Source: an uncultured Oscillospiraceae bacterium (GTDB taxonomy: Bacteria; Bacillota; Clostridia; Christensenellales; CAG-138). From it: a stretch of DNA of 64,000 bases. Below are positions 49,293 to 58,890 of this stretch, one piece after another. The stretch is from the NCBI GenBank assembly GCA_964467585.1, contig CAYXRF010000011.1, positions 1,645-65,644 on the forward strand. The letters run 5' to 3'. A program made the position numbers and the translations under genes. The notes beneath the pieces are model-generated. The model ran no database searches and had not been told where the DNA came from. It worked only from the letters and a program-made list of their open reading frames with translations. Each line of letters starts with the position of its first letter. Positions within the stretch are counted from its first letter, which is position 1.

Positions 49293-50476
49293 TGACGTTA
49301 ATCGAGCTGTATGTAAACGAGCCGTATGACAATCTGCTTGCCGCAACTGTGCTGACGCCTGATACGGTCGTTTATGTTTGCTCGGGAAGGTATCCCGATA
49401 TCGAATCGCAAAACGCTTTGCGCCGATATCTTTCAAGACTTAATCCGTGTGTTGGCGTTGATTTTGTGGTTGCGGCTTCAAACAGTCCCGAAGCATTGTT
49501 CAACGCGTTTGAAACTGTTTTTGAAGAGCACATCGACTGTGCGATAGACTTCACGGGCGGAGACGTTGCGGCGGCGATGGCGGCGGAGCGATATTGCTCC
49601 GCCCATCACGCAAAAGCGTTTTATATCGACTATGACAAGCATTGCTTTGTAAACGTCTATGGCATGGAGGATGAGATTACTCGGTTAACAATGCCGCGCA
49701 TGAATATTCCTCTGCTGTTTGCGATGGGCGGTGCATGCATAACAGGCAGCGGTCACGCAACATCCGAGCTTAATGACAAAAGGGTAATCGATGCGGTTCG
49801 CGGGGTAATTCGCGTTTACCTTGCAAACAAATCGGATTGGAGCGCGAGCACTGCGTACTTTCAATCCGCGATTACACAATATGCAAGCGATACAAACGAG
49901 CTTATGCTATGCGCTCCCGCAGTTATTGAAAATCAATATGGTGGCTGCACAAGCGCAAATGTCGCTATACTCGAAAAGCTCAGTCAGGCAGGCGCATTAA
50001 CAGAGCTTGAAATTAATAACAACGCCGTAAGGCTCAAATTCATGAACCAATTCATGCGCAGATGCCTTTCGGTTACGGGTATGTGGCTGGAGCTTCTGAT
50101 TTACATTTCCGCGCTTGACAGCAAACTTTTTGACGATGTTCGCATGAGCGTTGAATTTGATTGGGACGGTGTTGTTCACGGTGATTCACGCGACACGCGC
50201 AACGAGATAGACGTGATACTCATAAAGGGACTTACCCCTGTGTTTATTTCGTGCAAATCAGGGGCGCCAAAGGCAGAGGATCTGTATGAGATATTCTACC
50301 TGACAAAACGGTTCGGCGGCTCAAGAGCAAAGGCGGTAATGGCGACTGCGGAAGCGATAAGCCTTGACGCACGCACGGTTTTTCGCAGAGCCCTCGACAT
50401 GAACGTTGCTGTTATTGAGAGTGAAGATCTGTTGGACGATGATGCCGCAAGGCTTCTTTTCAGCCTTGCAGACTAA
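49289..50476 (+). CDS. CARF-like N-terminal domain fused to a PD-(D/E)xK nuclease-like domain (Card1/Can2-like, DUF1887-type)
   Basis: 395 aa. The N-terminal Rossmann-like part has DFTGGD (res 87-92), in the position of the CARF D-x-TGG-T-K motif. The C-terminal part has GMWLELLIY (264-272), NEIDVILI (305-312) and FISCKSG (319-325), resembling the G-x-W-(F/L)-E ... EIDV ... E-C-K signature of DUF1887 nucleases as I recall it. The ATG overlaps the M42 stop (ATGA). Confidence 0.6.
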   Translation: MMTLIELYVNEPYDNLLAATVLTPDTVVYVCSGRYPDIESQNALRRYLSRLNPCVGVDFVVAASNSPEALFNAFETVFEEHIDCAIDFTGGDVAAAMAAERYCSAHHAKAFYIDYDKHCFVNVYGMEDEITRLTMPRMNIPLLFAMGGACITGSGHATSELNDKRVIDAVRGVIRVYLANKSDWSASTAYFQSAITQYASDTNELMLCAPAVIENQYGGCTSANVAILEKLSQAGALTELEINNNAVRLKFMNQFMRRCLSVTGMWLELLIYISALDSKLFDDVRMSVEFDWDGVVHGDSRDTRNEIDVILIKGLTPVFISCKSGAPKAEDLYEIFYLTKRFGGSRAKAVMATAEAISLDARTVFRRALDMNVAVIESEDLLDDDAARLLFSLAD

Positions 50477-50493
50477 GAAAGGAGTGAATATAA

Positions 50494-51705
50494 ATGACGG
50501 AAAAGCTTTACTATCAGCAACCAATACTTACCGAGTGCGACGCAACGGTGACGACCTGTAAACAAAGCGGAGACCGCTACCTCATACTGCTTGACAGAAC
50601 CGTCATATTTCCGGAGGGTGGCGGGCAGATATCGGACAGAGGCTTTATTGAGGACGCGGTATGCCGCGAAGCGCATGAGATCGATGGAGAGATCTGGCAT
50701 AATTGCGATGCGCCGCTTGTTGAGGGTGACGCCGTAAAGGTACGCCTTGTGACCGGCGTGCGCCGCGACCATACGGAACAGCACACGGGCGAGCATATAC
50801 TTTCGGGTGTTGCAAAGCAGCTTTTTGACGCCGTTAACGTGGGCTTTCATATGACGGTTGACTATTGCACTATTGACCTTGACAAGCCGCTGACGGTAAA
50901 CGAGCTTATCACGCTTGAGAGAGAGGCGAATCTGGTTGTTCGTTTGAATCTGCCGATACGAACCGAGATTGTTGACGCATCACAGCTTGAGGAATTGGAG
51001 CTTCGCAAAAAAGCCGATGGTATAACCGGTGTTGCAAGGATTGTGTACATAGACGATGGAAATGTTGACTCTTGCACCTGCTGCGGCACACATTTTGAAA
51101 CAACAGGAAGCGTCGGGGCTGTCAAGATAACCGATTTTCAAAAGTATAAGGGCGGCACAAGACTGTGGTTTGCCTGCGGCGGACGCGCTGTGAATGCCGC
51201 CTGCGATATGCAGAGGAGTATGATGGAGCTTGCGCGCCGCTTTTCAACAAGCCGTGACGAGCTTGCAGCAGCGGTTATTAAACAGGGCGATGAGCTTACT
51301 GCGGCACACAAAGAGATAAAGCGCAAGACTAACGCGCTGTGCGAGTATATGGCGGACAAGCTCATAGCGGAAGCTGAAATTGCACGCGGAGTATGTGTGA
51401 TTGTAACAAAGGCGGATGGCTTTGGCGCTAATGACGTTAAGGTTCTTTCGGAGCGAATAGCCGCAAAAACAAAGGCTGTCGCTCTTGTATTTGGTGAAAC
51501 AGCGGAAGGCTGCTGCTGCTATCGTATGGCGCGCTCCGAGGGAGTCGGTATGAGTATGCGTGACCTTTGCACTGCGGTTAACGCTGCGATTAACGGAAAG
51601 GGCGGGGGAAGTCCCGCATTTGCGCAGGGAAGCGCCGCCGCCGCAATTAATTCAGACTTAACGGATATGCTTAAAAACTATATTGTACGGGTGATTAAGG
51701 GCTGA
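50494..51705 (+). CDS. Alanyl-tRNA editing protein, AlaX-L type (editing domain + DHHA1)
   Basis: 403 aa. Starts MTEKLYYQQPILTECDATV. Zinc motifs HTGEHIL and CCGTHF are typical of the AlaRS second additional domain. The C-terminal part is DHHA1-like (GKGGGSPAFAQG). Confidence 0.83.
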   Translation: MTEKLYYQQPILTECDATVTTCKQSGDRYLILLDRTVIFPEGGGQISDRGFIEDAVCREAHEIDGEIWHNCDAPLVEGDAVKVRLVTGVRRDHTEQHTGEHILSGVAKQLFDAVNVGFHMTVDYCTIDLDKPLTVNELITLEREANLVVRLNLPIRTEIVDASQLEELELRKKADGITGVARIVYIDDGNVDSCTCCGTHFETTGSVGAVKITDFQKYKGGTRLWFACGGRAVNAACDMQRSMMELARRFSTSRDELAAAVIKQGDELTAAHKEIKRKTNALCEYMADKLIAEAEIARGVCVIVTKADGFGANDVKVLSERIAAKTKAVALVFGETAEGCCCYRMARSEGVGMSMRDLCTAVNAAINGKGGGSPAFAQGSAAAAINSDLTDMLKNYIVRVIKG

Positions 51706-51730
51706 TCTTGCGAGTTCGCTGCGCATGACC

Positions 51731-53950
51731 CTATTTAAGCTTGATTATTTTGAGCCTCAATGCGTTTGAAAGCACCGTGACGGAGCTTAAACTCATCGCA
51801 GCGGCAGCAAGCATGGGACTAAGCAGCGGTCCACCGAATATGTGCAGCAAACCGGCAGCAACAGGTATTCCCAAGCAGTTATACGCAAAAGCCCAAAACA
51901 GGTTTTGCTTGATAACGCGCAAGGTGGCGCGTGAAAGCCGTATTGCATCGGTTATTCCGGAGAGCCTTTCGCCGGTCAGAACAATTCCCGCACCGGAAAT
52001 GGCGGCGTCAGCTCCGCTTCCGATAGCAATGCCGATATCGGCTGCGGCAAGTGCGGCGGCGTCGTTTACACCGTCGCCAACCATTGCAACCTTCTCGTTA
52101 TCGGCTTGCAGCTTGGCAATATAATTCAGCTTATCCTCAGGCATGGCGCGGCTTACAACGCGTGTAATGCCCGCTTCATCAGCAATCTTGTTTGCGGCAT
52201 ACTCGTTATCTCCCGTAACAAGGGAGACTTTGACGTCCATATCGTTAAGCAGCTTGACAGTTTGTGCTGCGTCCTCCTTTATTGGGTCGGCAATGCCGAC
52301 AGAACCCATGTGTTTGCCGTTACAGGACAGCATAATTGCAGTAAATCCGCTATTTGTCATGCTTTCATATTGCGATGTATCATAATCAATGCCCGCATCG
52401 TTGAATATGCGTGAATCGCCGGCAAGAAGCTGCATACCCTGATATTCTGCAGAGACGCCGCGGCCGATGCTTGCCGTAAACAAATCCGGACGTTCAATTT
52501 TTATGCAGTTCTCCGTGCAATAGTTAATGATTGCCATTGCCAAAGGATGCTCGGAATTTGCCTCACATATGGCAAACAGACGCAAAAGCTCATTTTCAGA
52601 AACGCCTGTGGCGGCTTTGACGCTTTGAACAACAGGACGACCTACGGTCAGGGTTCCTGTTTTGTCAAGAACTATCTCACTGATTCCACATGCCTGCTGA
52701 AGCGCTTCGCCGCTTTTAATAAACACGCCCATCGAGGCGCCGCGTCCCATACCGACAATAAGTGCCGTTGGAGTCGCAAGCCCCAACGCACACGGACAGG
52801 CGACAACAAGCACCGAAACACCAATCTTTACAGCAACTCCAACGCTTTCACCGGCAATAAGCCACGCCGCAAAGGCGAGGACGGCAATCGCCGCAACAGT
52901 CGGCACGAATATTGCGCTTATTCTGTCTGCAAGGTTTGCAATGGGAGCCTTGCTGCCCTGCGCTTCTTCAACCATGCGTATCATGCCCGCAAGCGCTGTA
53001 TCATCGCCCGTGCGGACGGCTTTTATTAGTATGCCGCCATTGATGTTCAGGCTTCCGCCGGTTACGGAGTCCCCGATGCTTTTCTCCACAGGGATGCTCT
53101 CACCAGTAAGCATGGATTCGTCAACAGACGTCTCACCCTCGGTAATTATGCCGTCAACAGGAAAAGACTCACCCGGACGAATTCGAATAATGTCGCCGAC
53201 AACAAGCTCATCAACATTGCATTGCCGCTCCCCGTTTGGCGTAACAATCGTTGCAGTATCAGGGGTAAGCTTCATAAGCGCGGCAACGGCCTCTCCCGTG
53301 CGTCTCTTTGCGCGTCCCTCAAGGTACTTGCCAAGCATAACAAGAGCGATTATTACACCGGCGGATTCATAATAAAGCTCATGCGCAGAAACGGATGCGC
53401 CAAACGCCAAGCGGAATGTTACATACAGCGAATATCCGATTGAAGCAAGCGTACCGAGAGCAATAAGCGAATCCATGTTAGGATGCAGTCTCACGGCTGC
53501 GGAAATGCCGCGATTGTAAAAACCAAAGCCAACGACAACAATCGGTATCAATAACAGTGTTTGAACAAGCGCAAATAAAAGAGGGTTGTTATCGGGTGAG
53601 ACGGGACAGGGCAGACCGATCATGTGCGACATTGATACATACATCAGCAACGCTGCAAATACAACCGCTATAATCAGATTGCGTTTGTCGGCGGCTGCCT
53701 TGCGCCGCCTGCGTTCATCATCCAGCTTCATTTGCAGACGAGGGCTTTCAACAACAGAGGCGCCGAATCCAACGCGTACGATCGCAGAGATAACAGCGGC
53801 AGATACATCGCTTTCGCTTCGCACAAAGCATCTTTCAGCAGCAAGATTCACCGAACAAGCTTCAACACCTTCAAGCTTACGAACAGCACGCTCAACCGAA
53901 GCGGAGCAAGCAGCGCAGCTCATACCGGTAACAGAAAACTCCTTTAACAT
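51731..53950 (-). CDS. copA: Copper-translocating P1B-type ATPase
   Basis: 739 aa. N-terminal HMA motif [20 protein letters not shown] motif [27 protein letters not shown]. Confidence 0.93.
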   Translation of the reverse strand: MLKEFSVTGMSCAACSASVERAVRKLEGVEACSVNLAAERCFVRSESDVSAAVISAIVRVGFGASVVESPRLQMKLDDERRRRKAAADKRNLIIAVVFAALLMYVSMSHMIGLPCPVSPDNNPLLFALVQTLLLIPIVVVGFGFYNRGISAAVRLHPNMDSLIALGTLASIGYSLYVTFRLAFGASVSAHELYYESAGVIIALVMLGKYLEGRAKRRTGEAVAALMKLTPDTATIVTPNGERQCNVDELVVGDIIRIRPGESFPVDGIITEGETSVDESMLTGESIPVEKSIGDSVTGGSLNINGGILIKAVRTGDDTALAGMIRMVEEAQGSKAPIANLADRISAIFVPTVAAIAVLAFAAWLIAGESVGVAVKIGVSVLVVACPCALGLATPTALIVGMGRGASMGVFIKSGEALQQACGISEIVLDKTGTLTVGRPVVQSVKAATGVSENELLRLFAICEANSEHPLAMAIINYCTENCIKIERPDLFTASIGRGVSAEYQGMQLLAGDSRIFNDAGIDYDTSQYESMTNSGFTAIMLSCNGKHMGSVGIADPIKEDAAQTVKLLNDMDVKVSLVTGDNEYAANKIADEAGITRVVSRAMPEDKLNYIAKLQADNEKVAMVGDGVNDAAALAAADIGIAIGSGADAAISGAGIVLTGERLSGITDAIRLSRATLRVIKQNLFWAFAYNCLGIPVAAGLLHIFGGPLLSPMLAAAAMSLSSVTVLSNALRLKIIKLK

Positions 53951-54035
53951 CGCACGCTCCTAAACACAATAGCTATCGCATAGTATTATTCTGAATTGTA
54001 CAGCATTTTATTTTTGTTGGCAAGGCTGAAGGGGG

Positions 54036-54335
54036 ATGGCAGTGGTGAAAAGGAGAAAAATTAATTCAAAAGCTCATGAAAGGACAGCGGAGGTACTCCG
54101 CTCATTCGGGCTGCCCGCAGACGCCGCAGGTTCGCTGCCATATATGACGCTTACAGGAAATCATTATTTTGAGGCGGAGGATCACTGCGGTGTATTGCAA
54201 ATGGACGAAAACTGCATAAGGATACTATCTGCAGGCGGTGTGATTCGACTAAACGGCAAACGAATGAGAGCAATATGTATGGATAATGAACGAATATCCG
54301 TTGACGGGCTTATCAATTCAATTACTTTTGAATAA
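54036..54335 (+). CDS. yqfC: Sporulation protein YqfC (YabP family)
   Basis: 99-aa ORF. LPYMTLTGNHYFEAEDHCGVLQMDENCIRI ... INSITFE resembles YqfC/YabP. Its position immediately upstream of yqfD-phoH matches B. subtilis. The real start may be a GTG at 54042 or 54045, which has better RBS spacing. Confidence 0.8.
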   Translation: MAVVKRRKINSKAHERTAEVLRSFGLPADAAGSLPYMTLTGNHYFEAEDHCGVLQMDENCIRILSAGGVIRLNGKRMRAICMDNERISVDGLINSITFE

Positions 54336-54364
54336 AAATCAATGCGAGACGAGGGCAAAGTTCA

Positions 54365-55513
54365 ATGAATGTATGGAAATTCATATCCGGATATGTTAAT
54401 ATAGAGGTGAGCGGCAAAAATCTTGAGCGTGTTGTAAATCGGGCAACCTCAGAGGGCATACCGCTTACCAACGCTTACCGCGTTTCCGGAAGGGCGATAA
54501 TTGCGGACGTCGCCATGAAGGATTTGAAAAGGCTGCGGATTGCAGTTCGCGGCTGCGGATGTCGGATACGCATAAAAAGTAAGCATGGACTGCCTAAAAT
54601 GGGCTTTGCCGCACGCAGAAATGCCTTGATTTGCGTATGCGCGGCACTTGCGCTGCTTGTATTGGCGGCAGCATCCACCAGAGTATGGAGGATTGACGTC
54701 AGCGGAATAGGCGCAGACGACGTTTCGGTGCTGCGGGTACTCGAATCATCCGGTATAACGATTGGTTCCGCAAAAAACGATATACATCCGGCGGACGTCA
54801 GCAAGCTTATCATTGACGGCGATCCTTCGGTCGCGCATGCTAACGTTACGCTAAGCGGAGTGGTTCTGAGCGTTGAAGTTACACTGTCAAAGGGCGTTGA
54901 CGTTGAGGCGGAGGATACTCGTCCCGCAAGCATTTATGCAGACAGGGATTGCGTGATAACCTCTGTATCCGTAATCCGTGGGGTTGCAATGGTGCGGGTA
55001 GGCGACGCCGTAAGAAAGGGACAGCTGCTGATTTCGGGTGATCTTTCACAGATTAAGGAGGGTTACGTCGTTCACGCCGAGGGTGAGATCACTGGCGTTG
55101 CACTCTACCGAGTGACGGGCGACGCGAACATGGTTACACAGTCATGTTTGCGCAGCGGCAGAAAAACCACAATGACGGCGATAAGCGTTTTTGGCAGGGA
55201 TATTATCCCGGGCTCTCCGTATCCGCAATATGAGTTGGAATATCAATCTGCGGGCATGATAGATGCATCCGCCATTCCGATTCATGTTTACACCGTGGTC
55301 TTTTATGAGCTTACGGAACAGCAATACTTGGATACGGCAGAGGGTGCGGAGGAGCGCGCAATGCTTAATGCACAGGAAAGCTTGTCGCAGACAATCCCGC
55401 AGTCGGCGCGGATACTTACCGTATCGCACAGATTCGTGTGGGATTGCATGAACGTTTCCGCGTTCATCACGGTCGAAACGCTTGAAACAATAGGCGTTAT
55501 TATGTATCTATGA
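54365..55513 (+). CDS. yqfD: Sporulation protein YqfD
   Basis: 382 aa. N-terminus MNVWKFISGYVNIEVSGKNLERVVNRATSEGIPL, a central TM helix, and conserved synteny with yqfC and phoH. Confidence 0.85.
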   Translation: MNVWKFISGYVNIEVSGKNLERVVNRATSEGIPLTNAYRVSGRAIIADVAMKDLKRLRIAVRGCGCRIRIKSKHGLPKMGFAARRNALICVCAALALLVLAAASTRVWRIDVSGIGADDVSVLRVLESSGITIGSAKNDIHPADVSKLIIDGDPSVAHANVTLSGVVLSVEVTLSKGVDVEAEDTRPASIYADRDCVITSVSVIRGVAMVRVGDAVRKGQLLISGDLSQIKEGYVVHAEGEITGVALYRVTGDANMVTQSCLRSGRKTTMTAISVFGRDIIPGSPYPQYELEYQSAGMIDASAIPIHVYTVVFYELTEQQYLDTAEGAEERAMLNAQESLSQTIPQSARILTVSHRFVWDCMNVSAFITVETLETIGVIMYL

Positions 55514-55566
55514 GATTATCGGCGATTACAATCTTCGAATAAGCTCAAAACAACAGGGGTATTGAA

Positions 55567-56568
55567 ATGGAAGAAAATACGTTTGAAGCAACGATTTCAA
55601 TTGAGTACATGGACGAGCTGATCAGGCTGTTCGGTGTGTTTGATGAAAATCTCAAAATAATTGAATCAGAGACCGAGGCGCATATTACCGCGTCCGGCGA
55701 CAGCATACAGATTTCCGGAGCGCAAAGCGCTGTTGCTGTGGCGGAGGCTGTTATCGACAAATTGCTTATGCTGATACGTCGTGGTGAGACTATCGACAGA
55801 GGACGCATACGCTACGCGATAGACCTTGCAAGAGAGGGCAACGCAGATCTTATACTTGAGCTTGCGGATGATGTCGTGGCGTTTACAAACAAGGGAAAAC
55901 AGATAAAGTGCAAAACGCTTGGGCAAAAAAAATATGTTCAGGCGTTGAAAAAGCATACGGTTGTATTTGGCGTTGGGCCGGCAGGCACGGGCAAAACATA
56001 TCTCGCGGTTGCGATGGCTGTTCTTGCCTATAAAAACAAAGAGGTCAGCAGGATAATACTTACGCGTCCTGCGGTTGAGGCGGGGGAAAAGCTCGGCTTT
56101 CTTCCCGGGGATCTTCAAAACAAGGTTGACCCTTATCTGCGTCCGCTGTACGATGCCCTTTATGACTTCTTGGGCGCCGAAAACTTCAAGATTCTGTCCG
56201 AACGTGGTGTGATAGAGGTCGCGCCGTTGGCATATATGCGCGGCAGGACGCTTAACGATGCATACATAATACTTGATGAAGCACAGAATTGTACTGTTGA
56301 ACAAATGAAAATGTTCCTTACACGCTTTGGCGAGGGTTCGCGTGTGGTTGTGACAGGTGACATAACCCAGATAGATTTGCCGATAGACAGGCGAAGCGGG
56401 CTTGTACACGCTCTGCGCGTGCTGAATGATGTTGAAGGCATAGCAATGGTGTATCTGACCGCAAGGGATGTTGTGCGACATGAGATGGTTCAGCGTATTG
56501 TACGCGCATACGAAAGAGCTTCCGAGAGGGCTTCCGACGGCAGGGCGCCCGAAAGACGAGGCAACTGA
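55567..56568 (+). CDS. phoH: PhoH family ATPase
   Basis: Walker A GPAGTGKTYLAVA, PGDLQNKVDPYLRPLYDAL, ILDEAQN, VVTGDITQIDLP. Confidence 0.92.
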   Translation: MEENTFEATISIEYMDELIRLFGVFDENLKIIESETEAHITASGDSIQISGAQSAVAVAEAVIDKLLMLIRRGETIDRGRIRYAIDLAREGNADLILELADDVVAFTNKGKQIKCKTLGQKKYVQALKKHTVVFGVGPAGTGKTYLAVAMAVLAYKNKEVSRIILTRPAVEAGEKLGFLPGDLQNKVDPYLRPLYDALYDFLGAENFKILSERGVIEVAPLAYMRGRTLNDAYIILDEAQNCTVEQMKMFLTRFGEGSRVVVTGDITQIDLPIDRRSGLVHALRVLNDVEGIAMVYLTARDVVRHEMVQRIVRAYERASERASDGRAPERRGN

Positions 56569-56585
56569 GAAGGAGGACAAAGGCA

Positions 56586-58025
56586 GTGGCGAAAAACTCC
56601 GCAAAGATGAGAGCATCACGAAAGCTCAAGCCACCGATTGCAATCGCAATGCTTGCGGTGGTTCCGATTGCGGTAATTGTGATAATTGCGATATCAATAA
56701 ACAATTCCGAAGGAGTAACACTTGCGATACTTGGCGCGGCGCTTGCGTTCACAGCCGCGTTTGCTGTGTTTGCTGCGCATCTGCTGTTTTCCGCATCAGA
56801 AATAGTGCGTGACGCCAAACGTATGACTATGATATGCATAAGCCTGCTGATGGTTGAGATGCTTTCAATGCTGATGCTGAGAGTAGACGCAGGCTTTTCA
56901 CCCATGCTGATAGCCACAATGATACTTGCGCTTATGGTGGACGAGCGTACATCTCTTATGAGCGTGCTTGTGACTTCAATATCAAGCGGGCTGATAGTTT
57001 TGTCGTTTTCCCCACAATATGCCTGCACAGCAATTGCCTCCGTCTGCGCCGCGGCAACAGGCGGGGTCGCGTGCGTTTACGCCCTCAGAATGAGACACAC
57101 GAGAAGCGCAACGATAATAGCTTCTGCAATAGCGGGCGGGGTATCACTGATTGCATATATCGGGGTTATGCTGATGGCAGGAGCCGCATTCAAAGACTAT
57201 TGGCATTCTCTCCTGTGGACTATCGGCAGCGCGGTGCTGTGCGGCATTGTTACCGTCGGGATAATGCCCCTGTTCGAGATCCTGTTTGACGTCGCCACAG
57301 ACGCCAGACTCAACGAGCTGCTCAACAACAACAATCCACTGATCAAGCGACTGATGATGGATGCTCCCGGCACTTATCATCATTCTGTTTTGGTGGCGAC
57401 ACTTGCGGAATCAGCGGCAGAGTTGGTTGGCGCAAATGCGCTTTTATGCAAGGTCGGCGCGTATTATCATGACGTAGGCAAGCTAAGAAGTCCTATGTAC
57501 TTCAGAGAAAATCAAAAGCCCGATTACAATATTCACGATGAGCTTGACCCATTTGAAAGCGCACAGAGGATAATCGCCCATCAAAGAGACGGCGTAACCT
57601 TGCTTACAAAATACAAGCTTCCGGGGGAGGTTATACGAATTGTCGCCGAGCATCACGGCGATTCTGTTATGGTCTATTTTTATGACAAAGCAAAACGGCT
57701 TGCTCCGCCGGGAGTTCAGATTGACGAAAAGCAATTTCGATATCCTTCAAAAAAACCTACAACCAAGGAAGGGGCAATAGTAATGCTTGCGGATTGCTGT
57801 GAGGCGGCTGTGCGTTCGATGCCGAACCCAACAATGACTGAGATTGAGGCGAAGGTGCGTGAGGTTATCGCTCACAAATGGAATAAGAGGGACGCTATGC
57901 TTTGGTCGTCCCCGCTTACATTCGCGGAGATTAGCACAATCGAAAGCAGCTTTATACGCACATTTGCTGCGCTTCATCACGAAAGGGTGGAGTATCCGGA
58001 TCTGGAGGATATTGACGTAAGATGA
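56586..58025 (+). CDS. Membrane HD-domain phosphohydrolase, PgpH/YqfF-like (7TM-HD) lacking the usual N-terminal extracellular domain
   Basis: GTG start 10 nt after AAGGAGG. Multiple TM helices are followed by an HD domain (YHHSVLVATLAE...GAYYHDVGKL...HHGDS). It occupies the yqfF position between phoH and ybeY but is only 479 aa. Confidence 0.8.
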   Translation: MAKNSAKMRASRKLKPPIAIAMLAVVPIAVIVIIAISINNSEGVTLAILGAALAFTAAFAVFAAHLLFSASEIVRDAKRMTMICISLLMVEMLSMLMLRVDAGFSPMLIATMILALMVDERTSLMSVLVTSISSGLIVLSFSPQYACTAIASVCAAATGGVACVYALRMRHTRSATIIASAIAGGVSLIAYIGVMLMAGAAFKDYWHSLLWTIGSAVLCGIVTVGIMPLFEILFDVATDARLNELLNNNNPLIKRLMMDAPGTYHHSVLVATLAESAAELVGANALLCKVGAYYHDVGKLRSPMYFRENQKPDYNIHDELDPFESAQRIIAHQRDGVTLLTKYKLPGEVIRIVAEHHGDSVMVYFYDKAKRLAPPGVQIDEKQFRYPSKKPTTKEGAIVMLADCCEAAVRSMPNPTMTEIEAKVREVIAHKWNKRDAMLWSSPLTFAEISTIESSFIRTFAALHHERVEYPDLEDIDVR

Positions 58026-58465
58026 AAGAAAACCCAATAGAAATCATTATAAATGACATTGAGGTTGAGCAGGCGGTTGTTGACGCCGCACGGCTTGGCG
58101 TATTGAGTACGCTCTCACATGAAAACGTCTTGGGAGAAATCAGCGTGGAGCTTACAAATGACTCGGTTATTCACGAATACAATCGCCATTATCGAGGAGT
58201 CGATCGCCCGACGGATGTTTTAAGCTTTCCAACCTCAGAGGGAGATACGCTTATATGCCCTCCGGACGAGCATCTGGGAGACATAATGATATCGGTTGAA
58301 ACCGCAAAAAGGCAGGGTGAGGAGTATGGGCACAGCACCGAGCGGGAGGTGCTGTTTCTTGCCGTGCATGGAGCGCTTCACATATTGGGGTATGACCACA
58401 CACGCCCCGAGGATGAGGTTATAATGCTTGCAAAGCAACGAGAAATCATACAACGGAGGGATTGA
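58022..58465 (+). CDS. ybeY: rRNA maturation endoribonuclease YbeY
   Basis: 147 aa. Zinc motif HGALHILGYDH and DVLSFP. ATGA overlap with the upstream gene. Confidence 0.92.
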   Translation: MKENPIEIIINDIEVEQAVVDAARLGVLSTLSHENVLGEISVELTNDSVIHEYNRHYRGVDRPTDVLSFPTSEGDTLICPPDEHLGDIMISVETAKRQGEEYGHSTEREVLFLAVHGALHILGYDHTRPEDEVIMLAKQREIIQRRD

Positions 58466-58470
58466 CGCTT

Positions 58471-58890
58471 ATGAAACAGATACATGAATTTGAGGTTAAG
58501 AATATGCTTAGGCTTGCCGCCGAGGCACGCGAAAGGGCATATACGCCGTATTCAAACTTTCGCGTTGGCGCTTGTGTTAAAACAGGCTCAGGCGCATATT
58601 ATCTCGGCTGCAACATAGAAAATGCAGCATACACGCCAACCAACTGCGCCGAACGCACTGCAATGTTCAAAGCGGTATACGAGGGAGAACGTGAATTCGA
58701 AGCGATTGCTATTATTTCCGACAGTCTGAATTACACTTCCCCGTGCGGTGTTTGCCGTCAAGTGCTTGCGGAGTTTTGCGACCCCGATATGCCTGTAATA
58801 TGCGCTGATAAGGACGGCAACTATAAAATAATGGAGCTTTCGGAGCTGATCCCGATGGCATTTACAAAGTCAGATATGGAGAACAAATGA
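58471..58890 (+). CDS. cdd: Cytidine deaminase
   Basis: CAERTA and PCGVCRQ zinc motifs. The ATG at 58471 lies 10 nt after GGAGGG. The ORF track starts at a TTG at 58462. Confidence 0.92.
   Translation: MKQIHEFEVKNMLRLAAEARERAYTPYSNFRVGACVKTGSGAYYLGCNIENAAYTPTNCAERTAMFKAVYEGEREFEAIAIISDSLNYTSPCGVCRQVLAEFCDPDMPVICADKDGNYKIMELSELIPMAFTKSDMENK

Noticed and set aside
48702-49436. 244-aa minus-strand ORF. Similar long antisense ORFs occur at 1924-2709, 9352-9930, 10533-11054, 14946-15503, 17845-18423, 20887-21453, 21466-22071 and 56318-57028.
   Set aside because: Each lies opposite a gene with strong family motifs (M42 peptidase, OppA-like, tdh, kbl, dockerin protein, ligA, pcrA, DUF4438-like, PgpH-like). 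They lack an RBS and any recognisable domain. I treat them as non-coding shadows.
49289-50476. Calling the CARF-nuclease-like gene part of a type III CRISPR-Cas or CBASS locus.
   Set aside because: No cas10/csm/cmr genes, CRISPR repeats, CD-NTase, TIR, SAVED or other defence-associated genes are recognisable anywhere in the 64-kb window. Only an orphan-effector description is supported here.
55666-56619. 317-aa minus-strand ORF, the longest unassigned ORF in the track.
   Set aside because: It lies entirely antisense to phoH, which has unambiguous Walker A/B and PhoH motifs. Its product is low-complexity and motif-free with no RBS. It is a typical shadow ORF of a moderately GC-rich coding region.
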